DNA from: Vampirovibrionaceae bacterium NZW_1234
Lineage (GTDB): Bacteria > Cyanobacteriota > Vampirovibrionia > Vampirovibrionales > JAGQHJ01
Length of the DNA: 64,000 nucleotides
Assembly (NCBI GenBank): GCA_041697335.1
Contig: JBGUGD010000015.1
Location: forward strand, 32,001-96,000
Reading direction: 5' to 3'
Of this stretch, positions 9,873-18,758 are shown piece by piece. The notes under the pieces were generated by a model. It made no database searches and was not told the origin of the DNA. It saw nothing but the letters and a program-made list of their open reading frames with translations. A program made the position numbers and the translations under genes. Numbering within the stretch: position 1 is the stretch's first letter; each line of letters starts with the position of its first letter.

Positions 9873-10694
9873 ATGAGTCAAGTAATTGATGAGGCTCGTC
9901 CCCAAGTGACTGTTGTACCCAACTTACTGCAAGGAAAAACCGGCTTGGTGCTGGGTGTGGCCAATAAGTGGAGTATTGCCTGGGCTGTCGCACAAGCGTT
10001 ATCTGCTGCCGGTATGCGCCTCGCCTTTACCTACCAGGGAGAACGTCTCCAAAAGAACGTCCTCAGCCTGACTGAAGGCATGGACGACGCGGTTCAATAC
10101 CCATGCGATGTCACCGATGAACAGCAAATCAAAGACTTGTTCGAAAATTTATCCCAGGAATTCCCGGATGGCTTGGATTGTGTGATTCATAGCGTTGCAT
10201 TCGCCAAAAAAGAAGAGCTGGCCGGTGAATTTCTCAACACCTCTCGTGAGGGATACCTGCTTGCCCAGGAAATCAGCTCTTACTCGCTGACAGCCATTGC
10301 TCGTGAAGCCCTGCCCCTGATGGAAAAGCGTGGTGGCGGCAGCATCGTCACCCTGACCTATTTCGGTGGCGAAAAGGTGGTCCCCAATTATAACGTCATG
10401 GGTGTCGCCAAGGCTGCGCTGGATATGAGCGTCCGCTACCTGGCAGAAGATCTCGGCCCCCGCAACATCCGGGTTAACGCCATCTCGGCCGGCCCCATCA
10501 AGACCTTGGCAGCCAGCGGTGTTTCCGGCCTGTCCAAAATCACGGAAGTGATGAAGGAAAAAGCTCCTCTGCGGCGCAATATCGATGCCACCGAAGTAGC
10601 CGATACCGCCCTGTTTTTGGCCAGCAACCTGTCCCGTGGCATTACCGGCGAAGTCATCCACGTGGATGCCGGCTATCACATCAAGGGTTTCTAG
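9873..10694 (+). CDS. fabI: Enoyl-ACP reductase FabI
   Basis: GVANKWSIAW, YNVMGVAKAAL, SAGPIKTLA; AGGAG RBS before ATG 9873. Confidence 0.96.
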   Translation: MSQVIDEARPQVTVVPNLLQGKTGLVLGVANKWSIAWAVAQALSAAGMRLAFTYQGERLQKNVLSLTEGMDDAVQYPCDVTDEQQIKDLFENLSQEFPDGLDCVIHSVAFAKKEELAGEFLNTSREGYLLAQEISSYSLTAIAREALPLMEKRGGGSIVTLTYFGGEKVVPNYNVMGVAKAALDMSVRYLAEDLGPRNIRVNAISAGPIKTLAASGVSGLSKITEVMKEKAPLRRNIDATEVADTALFLASNLSRGITGEVIHVDAGYHIKGF

Positions 10695-10709
10695 AGCCTT
10701 ATCCTGAAT

Positions 10710-11960
10710 TTACGGGCTTTTCAAGCTCTCTGCTATGGCGCCACCGGCAATCCAGCCGGTGGCCCAAGCGTTTTGGAAGTTAAAACCGCCGGTCAGGGCA
10801 TCCACATCAATAATCTCCCCCGCCAAATACAACCCCGGACAGATCCGGCTGGCCATGGTTTTCATATCAATTTCCGATAAGGGCACCCCGCCTGCCGTTA
10901 CAAACTCCTCTTTAAACTCGCCTTTGCCCTGAATCTGAAAACCACAGCGTTTCAGGGTTTCACTCAGGCGGTTCAAGCTTTTCTGCGGAACGGCCCCCCA
11001 GACCAACTCAGGGGCAATGTCCAGACTTTCCAACAATCGCTCCCAAAAGCGCTTTGGCAGTTCTACCGGACAGAAATTGACCATTTGCTTCTTGGCAGCG
11101 CTGGCTTTGGTTTCTAAAAGTGTTTTTTGCAAGCTCGCCTGATCCGTATCCGGGCAAAAATCAATCCAAAGCTGGGCTCTATAGTTGAGATCATACAGCC
11201 CACGAGCGCCCCAAGCCGACAAGCGAAGAATGACAGGCCCGCTGAGCCCCCAATGGGTAATCAGCAATGGGCCTTCCTGCACAATGGGTTTGCTTCCGGG
11301 CACATCCAAAGTTCCCTTTACATGTGGAAAGCTGATCCCAGCCAAGCCTGACAGACGCGGGTCTTTAATAGTGAATGTAAACAACGAGGGCACCGGTGGT
11401 ATGATTTTATGTCCCAGGGCAGTTACCACCGAATATCCTGCCTGGCTACTGCCTGAGGCCATTAAAACCGCTTGAGCATTGTACTGGTGCTCCGGTGTCT
11501 GAACCACAAAATGATCTGCGTGACGCCTTAGGGTTTTCACCCGAGCTTTGGTAATGATGGACACATGATGTCGACGAGCGTCCTCCAGCAAGCAATCGAT
11601 AATAGTTTGCGAGTCATCGGTCACAGGAAACATCCGGCCATCGGGCTCGGTTTTCAACCGCACCCCACGAGATTCAAACCATGCCACCGTATCTTTTGGA
11701 CCAAAACGGGAAAAGACGCCTTTGAGTTCTTTTTGCCCCCTGGGGTAATACTGAACCAGACGTGAGACATCCATACAGCTGGTTGTGACATTACACCGTC
11801 CACCACCTGAGATTTTGACCTTGCCCAAGGGTTTTGAAGCGGCTTCCAGAAGCGTTACCGACAGTAACGGGTTTACCTCTTTGGCGCGAAGGGCCGCAAA
11901 AACCCCGGCAGCCCCGCCACCGACTATAACGACACTGGGTCTAGGCATCTGGCCCATCAA
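10710..11960 (-). CDS. NAD(P)/FAD-dependent oxidoreductase, HI0933/YhiN/BaiN family
   Basis: GGGAAG, KVKISGGGRCNVT, THWGLSGP, VTAGGV, TGGFNFQ. Confidence 0.92.
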   Translation of the reverse strand: MMGQMPRPSVVIVGGGAAGVFAALRAKEVNPLLSVTLLEAASKPLGKVKISGGGRCNVTTSCMDVSRLVQYYPRGQKELKGVFSRFGPKDTVAWFESRGVRLKTEPDGRMFPVTDDSQTIIDCLLEDARRHHVSIITKARVKTLRRHADHFVVQTPEHQYNAQAVLMASGSSQAGYSVVTALGHKIIPPVPSLFTFTIKDPRLSGLAGISFPHVKGTLDVPGSKPIVQEGPLLITHWGLSGPVILRLSAWGARGLYDLNYRAQLWIDFCPDTDQASLQKTLLETKASAAKKQMVNFCPVELPKRFWERLLESLDIAPELVWGAVPQKSLNRLSETLKRCGFQIQGKGEFKEEFVTAGGVPLSEIDMKTMASRICPGLYLAGEIIDVDALTGGFNFQNAWATGWIAGGAIAESLKSP

Positions 11961-12114
11961 CGCTCCTTTGAGCCTCCGTTATGACATCACCATACCACGA
12001 AGGGAGAATCTCGATTGGCTGCCTTGTTACCTAATGTGTGACAAATCGTTGCAAGACCATCAAAAAAATTCCAGTTTCAGGCGCACTTGACCGAAAGTGT
12101 ATCCAGTACGCTCA

Positions 12115-12143
12115 TTGACAAGGCCGTAACCCTTCACTATAGT
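12115..12143 (+). promoter_or_regulatory. Sigma70-type promoter of guaD
   Basis: TTGACA-17 nt-TATAGT. Confidence 0.7.
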
Positions 12144-12181
12144 GGACAAGGTTCAGGCATTTGCTAGGAGGGGAATCTGGT

Positions 12182-13537
12182 ATGCCGCTTGAAAAACGGA
12201 TTGTCCGTGGAAAAATTTTCAACCCACTCAGCCGCACTGAGTGGGACTACATCCCAAATGGGGCGCTGATTGTTAATGAGAACGGCCGGATTGAATCCAT
12301 CGGTGAGTATAATGCCTTGCGCAAAGCCGAGGGCATTCGGGAAACCCTGGATTATTCCAACTACCTTATTCTGCCTGGCATGATTGATACCCATATCCAT
12401 TTGCCACAACTGCCAATTCGAGGCAAAAATGCCAATAGCCTTCTGGAATGGTTGGAAAAATATGCCTTTCCTGTGGAAGAAGCCTTTGCCGACTTGCCCT
12501 ATGCCAGCCGACTGGCCGAGTTTTTCTTTGAAAGCCTGAAAGCCAACGGAACCACGACGGCACTTGCTTACTCCTCCATGCATGAGGGCTCTACGCATGT
12601 GGCCTTTGAGGCAGCCCAGCAATCCGGCATGCGGGTCATCATGGGCAAGGTTATGATGGATCAGAACAGCCCCAAAGCCTTGACTGAAACCGCCGCCGAG
12701 TCCATTGCCGCCAGCGAGCGCCTGGCCAAAACCTGGCACCGCCAGAACAACGATTTGTTGCGCTACGCCTTTACGCCCCGGTTTGCCCTCAGCTGTTCTC
12801 AGGAGCTGTTGGAAGCAGCCGGTGATTTGTGCCAGCGTTTTCCTGAAAGTTACATTCAATCCCACTTGTCGGAAAATATGGATGAAATTGAAGCCGTTGA
12901 GCGCATGCATGGCTACAGGCTCACCTACGCTCAAGTTTACGAAGAAGCTGGATGTTTGGGTCCTCGGACCATTATGGCTCATGGCATCCATTTGACCCCG
13001 GAAGAAATGGCGATTCTCTTACGAACCGAGACTCGCATCGCCCATTGCCCAACCTCCAACTTTTTCCTCAAAAGCGGCTTCTTCAACCTGCCTGCTATTC
13101 GACGTTATTGTGTCCCGTTTGGCCTGGGAACCGATGTGGGGGGTGGCCCCGATCTCTGCCTTTTCAGAGTTATGCGCGCCATGGACGAGATGCAACTGAA
13201 ACATCAACTTTTTGTACCCGCCACTGAGGCCCTCTACTATGGCACCTTGGCCGGAGCCGAGGTCTTGTCTCTGGCTCATGAAACCGGTAATTTACTTCCC
13301 GGCAAGTCGGCAGACTTTATTGTCATTAATACCGACGCGCTGAATCCTTTCACCAGTGAGGCTCAAAGCATTGAGGATATCTTGTCCCAACTGGTTTACC
13401 TGGGAGGTGCCGAGCACATTTTGCGCACCTTTATTCGAGGTGAAGAAGTCTATCGGCAGCCTGAAACCAACTTGAGTCGGGCACTTACAAGATACCGCTC
13501 CACGTTAGCAAGCGAGCCGTTATTCCACCAGCCGTAA
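12182..13537 (+). CDS. guaD: Guanine deaminase
   Basis: PGMIDTHIH, TPRFALSC, QSHLSEN, HCPTSN, GLGTDVGGG. Confidence 0.93.
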   Translation: MPLEKRIVRGKIFNPLSRTEWDYIPNGALIVNENGRIESIGEYNALRKAEGIRETLDYSNYLILPGMIDTHIHLPQLPIRGKNANSLLEWLEKYAFPVEEAFADLPYASRLAEFFFESLKANGTTTALAYSSMHEGSTHVAFEAAQQSGMRVIMGKVMMDQNSPKALTETAAESIAASERLAKTWHRQNNDLLRYAFTPRFALSCSQELLEAAGDLCQRFPESYIQSHLSENMDEIEAVERMHGYRLTYAQVYEEAGCLGPRTIMAHGIHLTPEEMAILLRTETRIAHCPTSNFFLKSGFFNLPAIRRYCVPFGLGTDVGGGPDLCLFRVMRAMDEMQLKHQLFVPATEALYYGTLAGAEVLSLAHETGNLLPGKSADFIVINTDALNPFTSEAQSIEDILSQLVYLGGAEHILRTFIRGEEVYRQPETNLSRALTRYRSTLASEPLFHQP

Positions 13538-15341
13538 AGGCCATTAGCCACGAGCCAGCCAGTACCAGTGCTGATTCCAACCAGCCACGCTCCTTGCAAA
13601 TCACGGTAAACGAGGCAATACAAGGCACAAACAAAGTAATCGTCACCAATGCCGCTAATATCTGGGCAGACGTCATTTGATCTGAAAGATAGTACAGGCC
13701 GGCAGCACCAAAATCTCGGCGAACCATCCCCATAATAAACATTTGAGCTGCTTCTGCGGGCAACTGGAGCCACTTAACCGTCAAAGGTGTCAAGAGCTTC
13801 TGAATGGCGACCAGGGCGCCAGTCACTTGAGCCACACTCACCAGCAGCGAGCCCAGAACGAATAAAGGTGCCGCTTCCTTCAAGAAAACCATCGTGCGAA
13901 CCCAGGTTTTCCGGAGAATATTTTTCGGCTGTGGCAAGCGCATCGGGGGCAAATCGAGAATCAGGCTGGTAGACTTCCCAGGCAATATCTTATTCAAGGC
14001 TGTACCCAAGATTCCCAAAATCAGGGTAAGCAAGCCCAGGTAAATAATCCATGCCTTAAAACCACCCGCCATAGCCATTAGGGCAATCAAAACCGCGATT
14101 TGAGCCGAGCAGGGAATGGTAATGGCCAGAATAGTTGAGGCAATGGTCCGCTCCCGTTGAGAAGACAGCACACGGGTGGATACTGTTGCCATCGTGACAC
14201 AGCCAAAACCTAGAATAATGGGGATGACAGCCCGACCATTCAAACCGATTTTACTCAACAAACCATCGCACAATACAGCAATGCGAGGCAGATAGCCGCA
14301 ATCTTCCAAAATGGAAATATAGATGTAAAACCCCAAAATCAGCGGAAAAAGAACACCAAAAATGTACTGCAGGCTCATGGTCAGCACACCAAACTCACCT
14401 GCCAAAATCGTATACAGCGCCGTACCTTGAGGCACAACAGCAGAAACCGCTTTCTGAATCACGGGAACCACATATCCTAACATCAGGGTCTCTTCAGTAA
14501 ACCCGACGAGATCTCCTGAGATCCAGACTCCCACGACCTGATACAGGGTCAACAAAGCAACAACCCCGCTCAAAAGACCGACAACGGGGTTTAAGAACCA
14601 GTTTCCAAAACGCTTAGACCAGGATAGAGGCGTAACCCCGGTTTTCCGAGTAATAACCTGCTGTACAAGGGCGTTAACATGTTTGCGACGTAACCCATAT
14701 AAATGCAGGCGTTGAGCAGGATTTCCCTCCAGGGCGGTTAGAGCCTCGATATCCGGACAGTCGGGAACGGTATTTCCAATACAAGCACGTGCCAACATAG
14801 GCAAAATCTGATCCAGGCCCTCACCCGTAACCGCCACTGTGGCAATAACCGGCACCCCTAAAAGAGTCTCCAGTTTGGAAATATCGATTTCAAGGCCCTG
14901 AGCTCGAGCTTCGTCCATTTGGTTTAAAACCACCATCATGGGTTTTCGATAATCCAAAATGTGCTGGGTTAAAAATAAATCCCGCTCTAAACTGAGAGCG
15001 CTCACAACATTGATGACCTTATCCGCAGCCAGAATAGCCTTTTCTGCCACCAACTCTTCTTCGTTGTACTTAGAAAGACCATAGACACCGGGTGTATCCT
15101 TTAAAACCCGGCTATCCGGCAAAAAGCCCTTGGGAATATCAACTGTTGTTCCAGGAAAGTTAGACACATTGGTGTACAACCCCGTCAGGGAATTGAAAAC
15201 AACCGATTTTCCAACATTGGGATTACCTGCCAACACAATGGTTTCTGTCTCTGCCACATCAACAACGGCAGTATTTTCCCTACAGGACGAACCTGGGCAG
15301 CGGTGAGAATCCTGCAGGAAGGGAGCATTTGATGTGCTCAT
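13485..15341 (-). CDS. feoB: Ferrous iron transporter FeoB
   Basis: GNPNVGKS, NFPGTTVD, DTPG, NQMD G-motifs; membrane domain with GFGC, IPCSA, FVPC. Confidence 0.95.
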   Translation of the reverse strand: MSTSNAPFLQDSHRCPGSSCRENTAVVDVAETETIVLAGNPNVGKSVVFNSLTGLYTNVSNFPGTTVDIPKGFLPDSRVLKDTPGVYGLSKYNEEELVAEKAILAADKVINVVSALSLERDLFLTQHILDYRKPMMVVLNQMDEARAQGLEIDISKLETLLGVPVIATVAVTGEGLDQILPMLARACIGNTVPDCPDIEALTALEGNPAQRLHLYGLRRKHVNALVQQVITRKTGVTPLSWSKRFGNWFLNPVVGLLSGVVALLTLYQVVGVWISGDLVGFTEETLMLGYVVPVIQKAVSAVVPQGTALYTILAGEFGVLTMSLQYIFGVLFPLILGFYIYISILEDCGYLPRIAVLCDGLLSKIGLNGRAVIPIILGFGCVTMATVSTRVLSSQRERTIASTILAITIPCSAQIAVLIALMAMAGGFKAWIIYLGLLTLILGILGTALNKILPGKSTSLILDLPPMRLPQPKNILRKTWVRTMVFLKEAAPLFVLGSLLVSVAQVTGALVAIQKLLTPLTVKWLQLPAEAAQMFIMGMVRRDFGAAGLYYLSDQMTSAQILAALVTITLFVPCIASFTVICKERGWLESALVLAGSWLMAFTAGGITARLLTWSGIL

Positions 15342-15565
15342 GACAGTTGCACCTCAATTTGTTGACAAAGATGTTGTCCGATGGCGAGCTCCATACCACC
15401 ATGCTGAAGAACAGTCGGGCCGGCGGGAACTTTAGCAATGCATGTAATATATTGGCCTTCGGCGATCCCCATGCGCATGGCTTGTGTGGCCACATCAATG
15501 TCGGGGATGTTCAAAATGACAGCACTCTGGCCCGTTTGCATGTCTTGAAGGGTAATTTTGGTCAT
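15338..15565 (-). CDS. feoA: Ferrous iron transport protein FeoA
   Basis: 75 aa; RMGIAEG, GP, LAIG; overlaps the feoB start. Confidence 0.9.
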   Translation of the reverse strand: MTKITLQDMQTGQSAVILNIPDIDVATQAMRMGIAEGQYITCIAKVPAGPTVLQHGGMELAIGQHLCQQIEVQLS

Positions 15566-15604
15566 TCGATCATCGGGCAGCGGGGGCCCCGGTTATCTGT
15601 GGTC

Positions 15605-15635
15605 ATACTAGCGTAAATGAGAATCACTTGCAAAA
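15605..15635 (-). promoter_or_regulatory. feoAB promoter overlapped by a Fur-box-like site
   Basis: Minus strand TTGCAA-17 nt-TAGTAT; 7-1-7 site TGAGAATCACTTGCA at 15618-15632. Confidence 0.7.
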
Positions 15636-15764
15636 TGCTTTCAAAAAAAGAGCCGTAATAAAAAATAGGAACACCATCAACATAGTTGCTGATGGTGCTG
15701 ACAAACACACAGATTACCCTACCCGGTTACCCTGGTATTTCTACCCGGGTTCCCTTGGCAGTCA

Positions 15765-16454
15765 CTACGATTCCTTCTTGGCCGGAGCCGAGGAATTACC
15801 GGAACCAGTAGAATTTGTGGAACCTGACTTAGCATCAGGTGTTGTAGACTGTTTTGCTGTATCCTTTTCTTCAGCTTTAGTGTCAGTCTTAGCTTCAGGC
15901 TTAGAATCCGCTTTTGCCTCAGGCTTATCCTCGGGCTTGGTCTCAGCTGTTTGAGCATCGCCTTCGGTATTGGGCTTATCTTCCGGTTTCGTCTCCGCCT
16001 TGGCATCTTTAAAGCGGGTCATTAACTTTTGAAGTGCAGCCATTGCCGCTTGGGTTTGAGCCGGATTGGCTTGCTGTTGATTACTTTGATTACTTTTTAC
16101 TGTCATTGCCGGGTTTTGAAGCATTTGGAACACCGGCTGCAAAGACAATAAATTCTGCAATGGGCTCATCGCTTGTTGGCGCTGAGTGAACGCAGCATTG
16201 TACTGGTCCAACCGAGCGAACAGATCGCCGCCGCCGCCAAAACTCATACTGGAGCCTAAACCAAAACTTGCGCCACCAACCATTCCTCCGAGGCCAAAAG
16301 CACCTAGGCCTCCGCCTCCACCGCCGCCGCCGCCCAACATTCCCAGAATGTTGTTTCCGCCCATCATCGGGTTCATTGCCGAGGCGTTGAACATAGACCC
16401 GCGTGTCAGGTTATACATCTGAGCGTGATTAATAATGTCGGCTGCTAAAGACAC
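15765..16454 (-). CDS. Gly/Met/Gln-rich orphan protein with charged KPEDKP-repeat tail
   Basis: 229 aa; GGAGGAG RBS before GTG; no Cys; downstream hairpin 15672-15697. Confidence 0.75.
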   Translation of the reverse strand: MSLAADIINHAQMYNLTRGSMFNASAMNPMMGGNNILGMLGGGGGGGGGLGAFGLGGMVGGASFGLGSSMSFGGGGDLFARLDQYNAAFTQRQQAMSPLQNLLSLQPVFQMLQNPAMTVKSNQSNQQQANPAQTQAAMAALQKLMTRFKDAKAETKPEDKPNTEGDAQTAETKPEDKPEAKADSKPEAKTDTKAEEKDTAKQSTTPDAKSGSTNSTGSGNSSAPAKKES

Positions 16455-16530
16455 AACAACTTCTCCTCCAAGTCTGACGAAGACCTAACCAAGTCAATTA
16501 AGTTTAATGAGTTATGTCTGACTACACCAA

Positions 16531-16542
16531 ATAAAAACAATC
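16531..16542 (-). promoter_or_regulatory. Shared upstream 12-mer GATTGTTTTTAT, copy 1
   Basis: Exact copies also at 17778 (+) and 38991 (-), each co-oriented with the downstream orphan gene. Confidence 0.5.
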
Positions 16543-16607
16543 ATTTTTTCAGGATTGCCTGACAGAGTTTATTTTGAAACATTTTGTTACATTTATTTGT
16601 CATCCAC

Positions 16608-16648
16608 AAAAAGAAGTCCTCCATCGCACAGAGACGACAAAGGACTTC
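16608..16648 (-). terminator. Intrinsic terminator
   Basis: GAAGTCCT...AGGACTTC stem with U-tract on the minus strand. Confidence 0.55.
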
Positions 16649-16665
16649 GATTCGAATGGAGCTCT

Positions 16666-17532
16666 CTATTTTTGAACGATTTCAACAATCTCTTTATCTT
16701 TTGCAGCTGACGCATCGGGCTTGGCCTTTGCTCCAATGGAATTTGGGTGGGTGTTAGCCCAAAGTTCCTCAAATTCAGCCGTTGCCGTCTCCCCGACCAG
16801 CTTGACCAATTCTGGCGAAACCGATGAAAAGGGCTCACCAGCTTTTAACTGCTGAACGAGTGTTTCCAGTTGGTTTTTAATCACCAGTTGCCGATCTGTA
16901 ATGCGTTTACCATAGTGGTGATCCATGGCAGCCTTCCAGCCTAAGGTGGCCAATGTCATGGCACCACTGGCGATACCCAATCCTGCCGGAACTCGACTCA
17001 AGGGTTCCGTATGAACATGATCGCCATGGCCGTGGTTGACCACATGCAAGGTTTGAGACTCAGTTTGATTCATCGCCAAGACACTTTGAGTAATTCCGAG
17101 GGCAGATACACCCGCAATAGAAATCAGGGTCATCGTATTAACCCGACCTGCATTCTTGGCATAGTGCCGAATTTTGGCATCGTGCTGTAAAGCAATGGGT
17201 AACAATAAGTTGGTCCATAGACTATCTGATACGGCAGAGGTTGAGGAAACACGGCCTTTCAAAGCCATCACCTGTGCCCCACTAGCCACACCGGCAGCAG
17301 CTCCTGGTGCACTGCCTTCGCCCCCATGATGGGCGATTTGAACGGGTTCTGGTGTAAATTGAATAGTCTGGGTCGTATCAATGTCAGCAGCTGTCACAGT
17401 GGGGGCCGAGACAGACGAAACAGACGTAATCCCATGGCTTTGAGCCAATGGAACCAGACCGGCGAGAGCAATACTGCAAAGGGCAAGACTTGCTGCACAC
17501 TTTCGTGCAGAAAACAACAGAGAAAGTACCAT
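16666..17532 (-). CDS. Exported/membrane His-rich hypothetical protein
   Basis: Signal peptide from ATG 17532 (ORF opens at 17685); HVVNHGHGDHVH between two hydrophobic segments. Confidence 0.7.
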   Translation of the reverse strand: MVLSLLFSARKCAASLALCSIALAGLVPLAQSHGITSVSSVSAPTVTAADIDTTQTIQFTPEPVQIAHHGGEGSAPGAAAGVASGAQVMALKGRVSSTSAVSDSLWTNLLLPIALQHDAKIRHYAKNAGRVNTMTLISIAGVSALGITQSVLAMNQTESQTLHVVNHGHGDHVHTEPLSRVPAGLGIASGAMTLATLGWKAAMDHHYGKRITDRQLVIKNQLETLVQQLKAGEPFSSVSPELVKLVGETATAEFEELWANTHPNSIGAKAKPDASAAKDKEIVEIVQK

Positions 17533-17625
17533 GGTACAAACATCCTTCTTCCAATTCCACAACGTTGATGCCAAAAATTCGTTGTTCTCTTTCAGGTTAG
17601 CAAATTCAACACGTCCGAATAACCT

Positions 17626-17647
17626 CACCCCCCGGGGGGGACCCCCC
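17626..17647. promoter_or_regulatory. C6-G7-A-C6 tract, CsoR/RcnR-operator-like
   Basis: CACCCCCCGGGGGGGACCCCCC about 95 nt upstream of the His-rich gene. Confidence 0.35.
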
Positions 17648-17777
17648 TCTCCATCCTCGTGGTTTAAATCATTGATTCGGAGCATCGAAAGGCAAAAAGC
17701 CAGTAAACCAAGGGACTCAGACCTTGATATTACATTTTATTAATTATTTCAGAAGAACCTATCACAAGAATTTATAT

Positions 17778-17789
17778 GATTGTTTTTAT
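17778..17789 (+). promoter_or_regulatory. Shared upstream 12-mer GATTGTTTTTAT, copy 2
   Basis: About 57 nt upstream of ATG 17846. Confidence 0.5.
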
Positions 17790-17845
17790 GCACATAGGAA
17801 AGAAACAATGTTTTGTCGCCCCCCGTGGCGGAGGAGTAAGAAAGC

Positions 17846-18298
17846 ATGTTGAACTATACAGGATTCGGTCTCCAGACCCAACAACAAAATGTAACGGCAG
17901 ATGGTGTAAGCAACGCAACGTTTCGGTCTTTTTATAACAATGGATACACCCGCACCCGCTTGCGGATCGATTCCAGTCTTCCAACTTACGGTGCGACCAC
18001 CAACTTCCAGTCCAAGGAATTCTCCAACTTTGCCTACCTTGGCGCCTTGGATCACCTCAGCAATCAGTTCTATCCCGGCAGCCCCAACCCGGTCTTAATG
18101 CTGCCATTCAGCTTCCGATATTCCAACCCCGACAACATCCCTTCAATGTCCGGGTACAACAATATCGGGCTACTCGGCCAGCAACTCGGCATGGGTGGCG
18201 GTATGACCAGTGGCTTCCCGCAGCAATTCGGTCCATTCGGAATGCCAATGGCCAACCCACAATTCCTGCCCCCAACACAATTGGGCTTCCGGTTCTAA
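17846..18298 (+). CDS. Orphan protein with G/M/P/Q-rich C-terminus
   Basis: 150 aa; GGAGGAG RBS; terminator follows. Confidence 0.7.
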   Translation: MLNYTGFGLQTQQQNVTADGVSNATFRSFYNNGYTRTRLRIDSSLPTYGATTNFQSKEFSNFAYLGALDHLSNQFYPGSPNPVLMLPFSFRYSNPDNIPSMSGYNNIGLLGQQLGMGGGMTSGFPQQFGPFGMPMANPQFLPPTQLGFRF

Positions 18299-18327
18299 AA
18301 TCATTTAAGAAAAAAACCTTTCAACGC

Positions 18328-18357
18328 AACAAGCACTGCTTACCAGCAGTGCTTGTT
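18328..18357. terminator. Intrinsic terminator hairpin
   Basis: AACAAGCACTGCT-TACC-AGCAGTGCTTGTT, perfect 13-bp stem between convergent genes. Confidence 0.75.
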
Positions 18358-18388
18358 TCAGTTTATTCTGTATGCAAAATGACAGCTC

Positions 18389-18622
18389 CTAGCCGATTAG
18401 GCCGTCACCGATATCAATTTCGCTGGCTTTCATAATCAAGGCCTGGTAGATCACCTTCTCTAATGAAGTGTTCCCACCCATGCCAAACATATCGTCATCG
18501 CCTTTGGTACGGGCATCTTCCAATAAGCGCTTTGCTAAATCGGCAATTTCCAAAACCAACGCATACTTGTTATCAACTTTTTCATTCAGATCCGAAGCGA
18601 TTTGGGTAATGGTTGAAGACAT
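18389..18622 (-). CDS. rpoZ: RNA polymerase omega subunit (probable)
   Basis: 77 aa; DL.EKVDNKYALVL.IA..AKRL...KVI.QAL pattern; GGAGG RBS. Confidence 0.65.
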   Translation of the reverse strand: MSSTITQIASDLNEKVDNKYALVLEIADLAKRLLEDARTKGDDDMFGMGGNTSLEKVIYQALIMKASEIDIGDGLIG

Positions 18623-18670
18623 AAACGAGCGATTCCTCCACTGATTGTCTTAGCCCGTAGGCCATAGTCT

Positions 18671-18700
18671 ATTGTAAGAAAGGGTTCCGTAGAATGTCAA
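18671..18700 (-). promoter_or_regulatory. Sigma70-type promoter of rpoZ
   Basis: TTGACA-18 nt-TACAAT. Confidence 0.7.
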
Positions 18701-18758
18701 ATACGGCAGATGGCTGCTGTCCATAATCCTCTGGGGCGCTTAGTAAGGCAAAGATCAA

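Noticed and set aside
13485..13537. Convergent 3' overlap of guaD and feoB
   Set aside because: Short tail overlaps are common and both genes are intact
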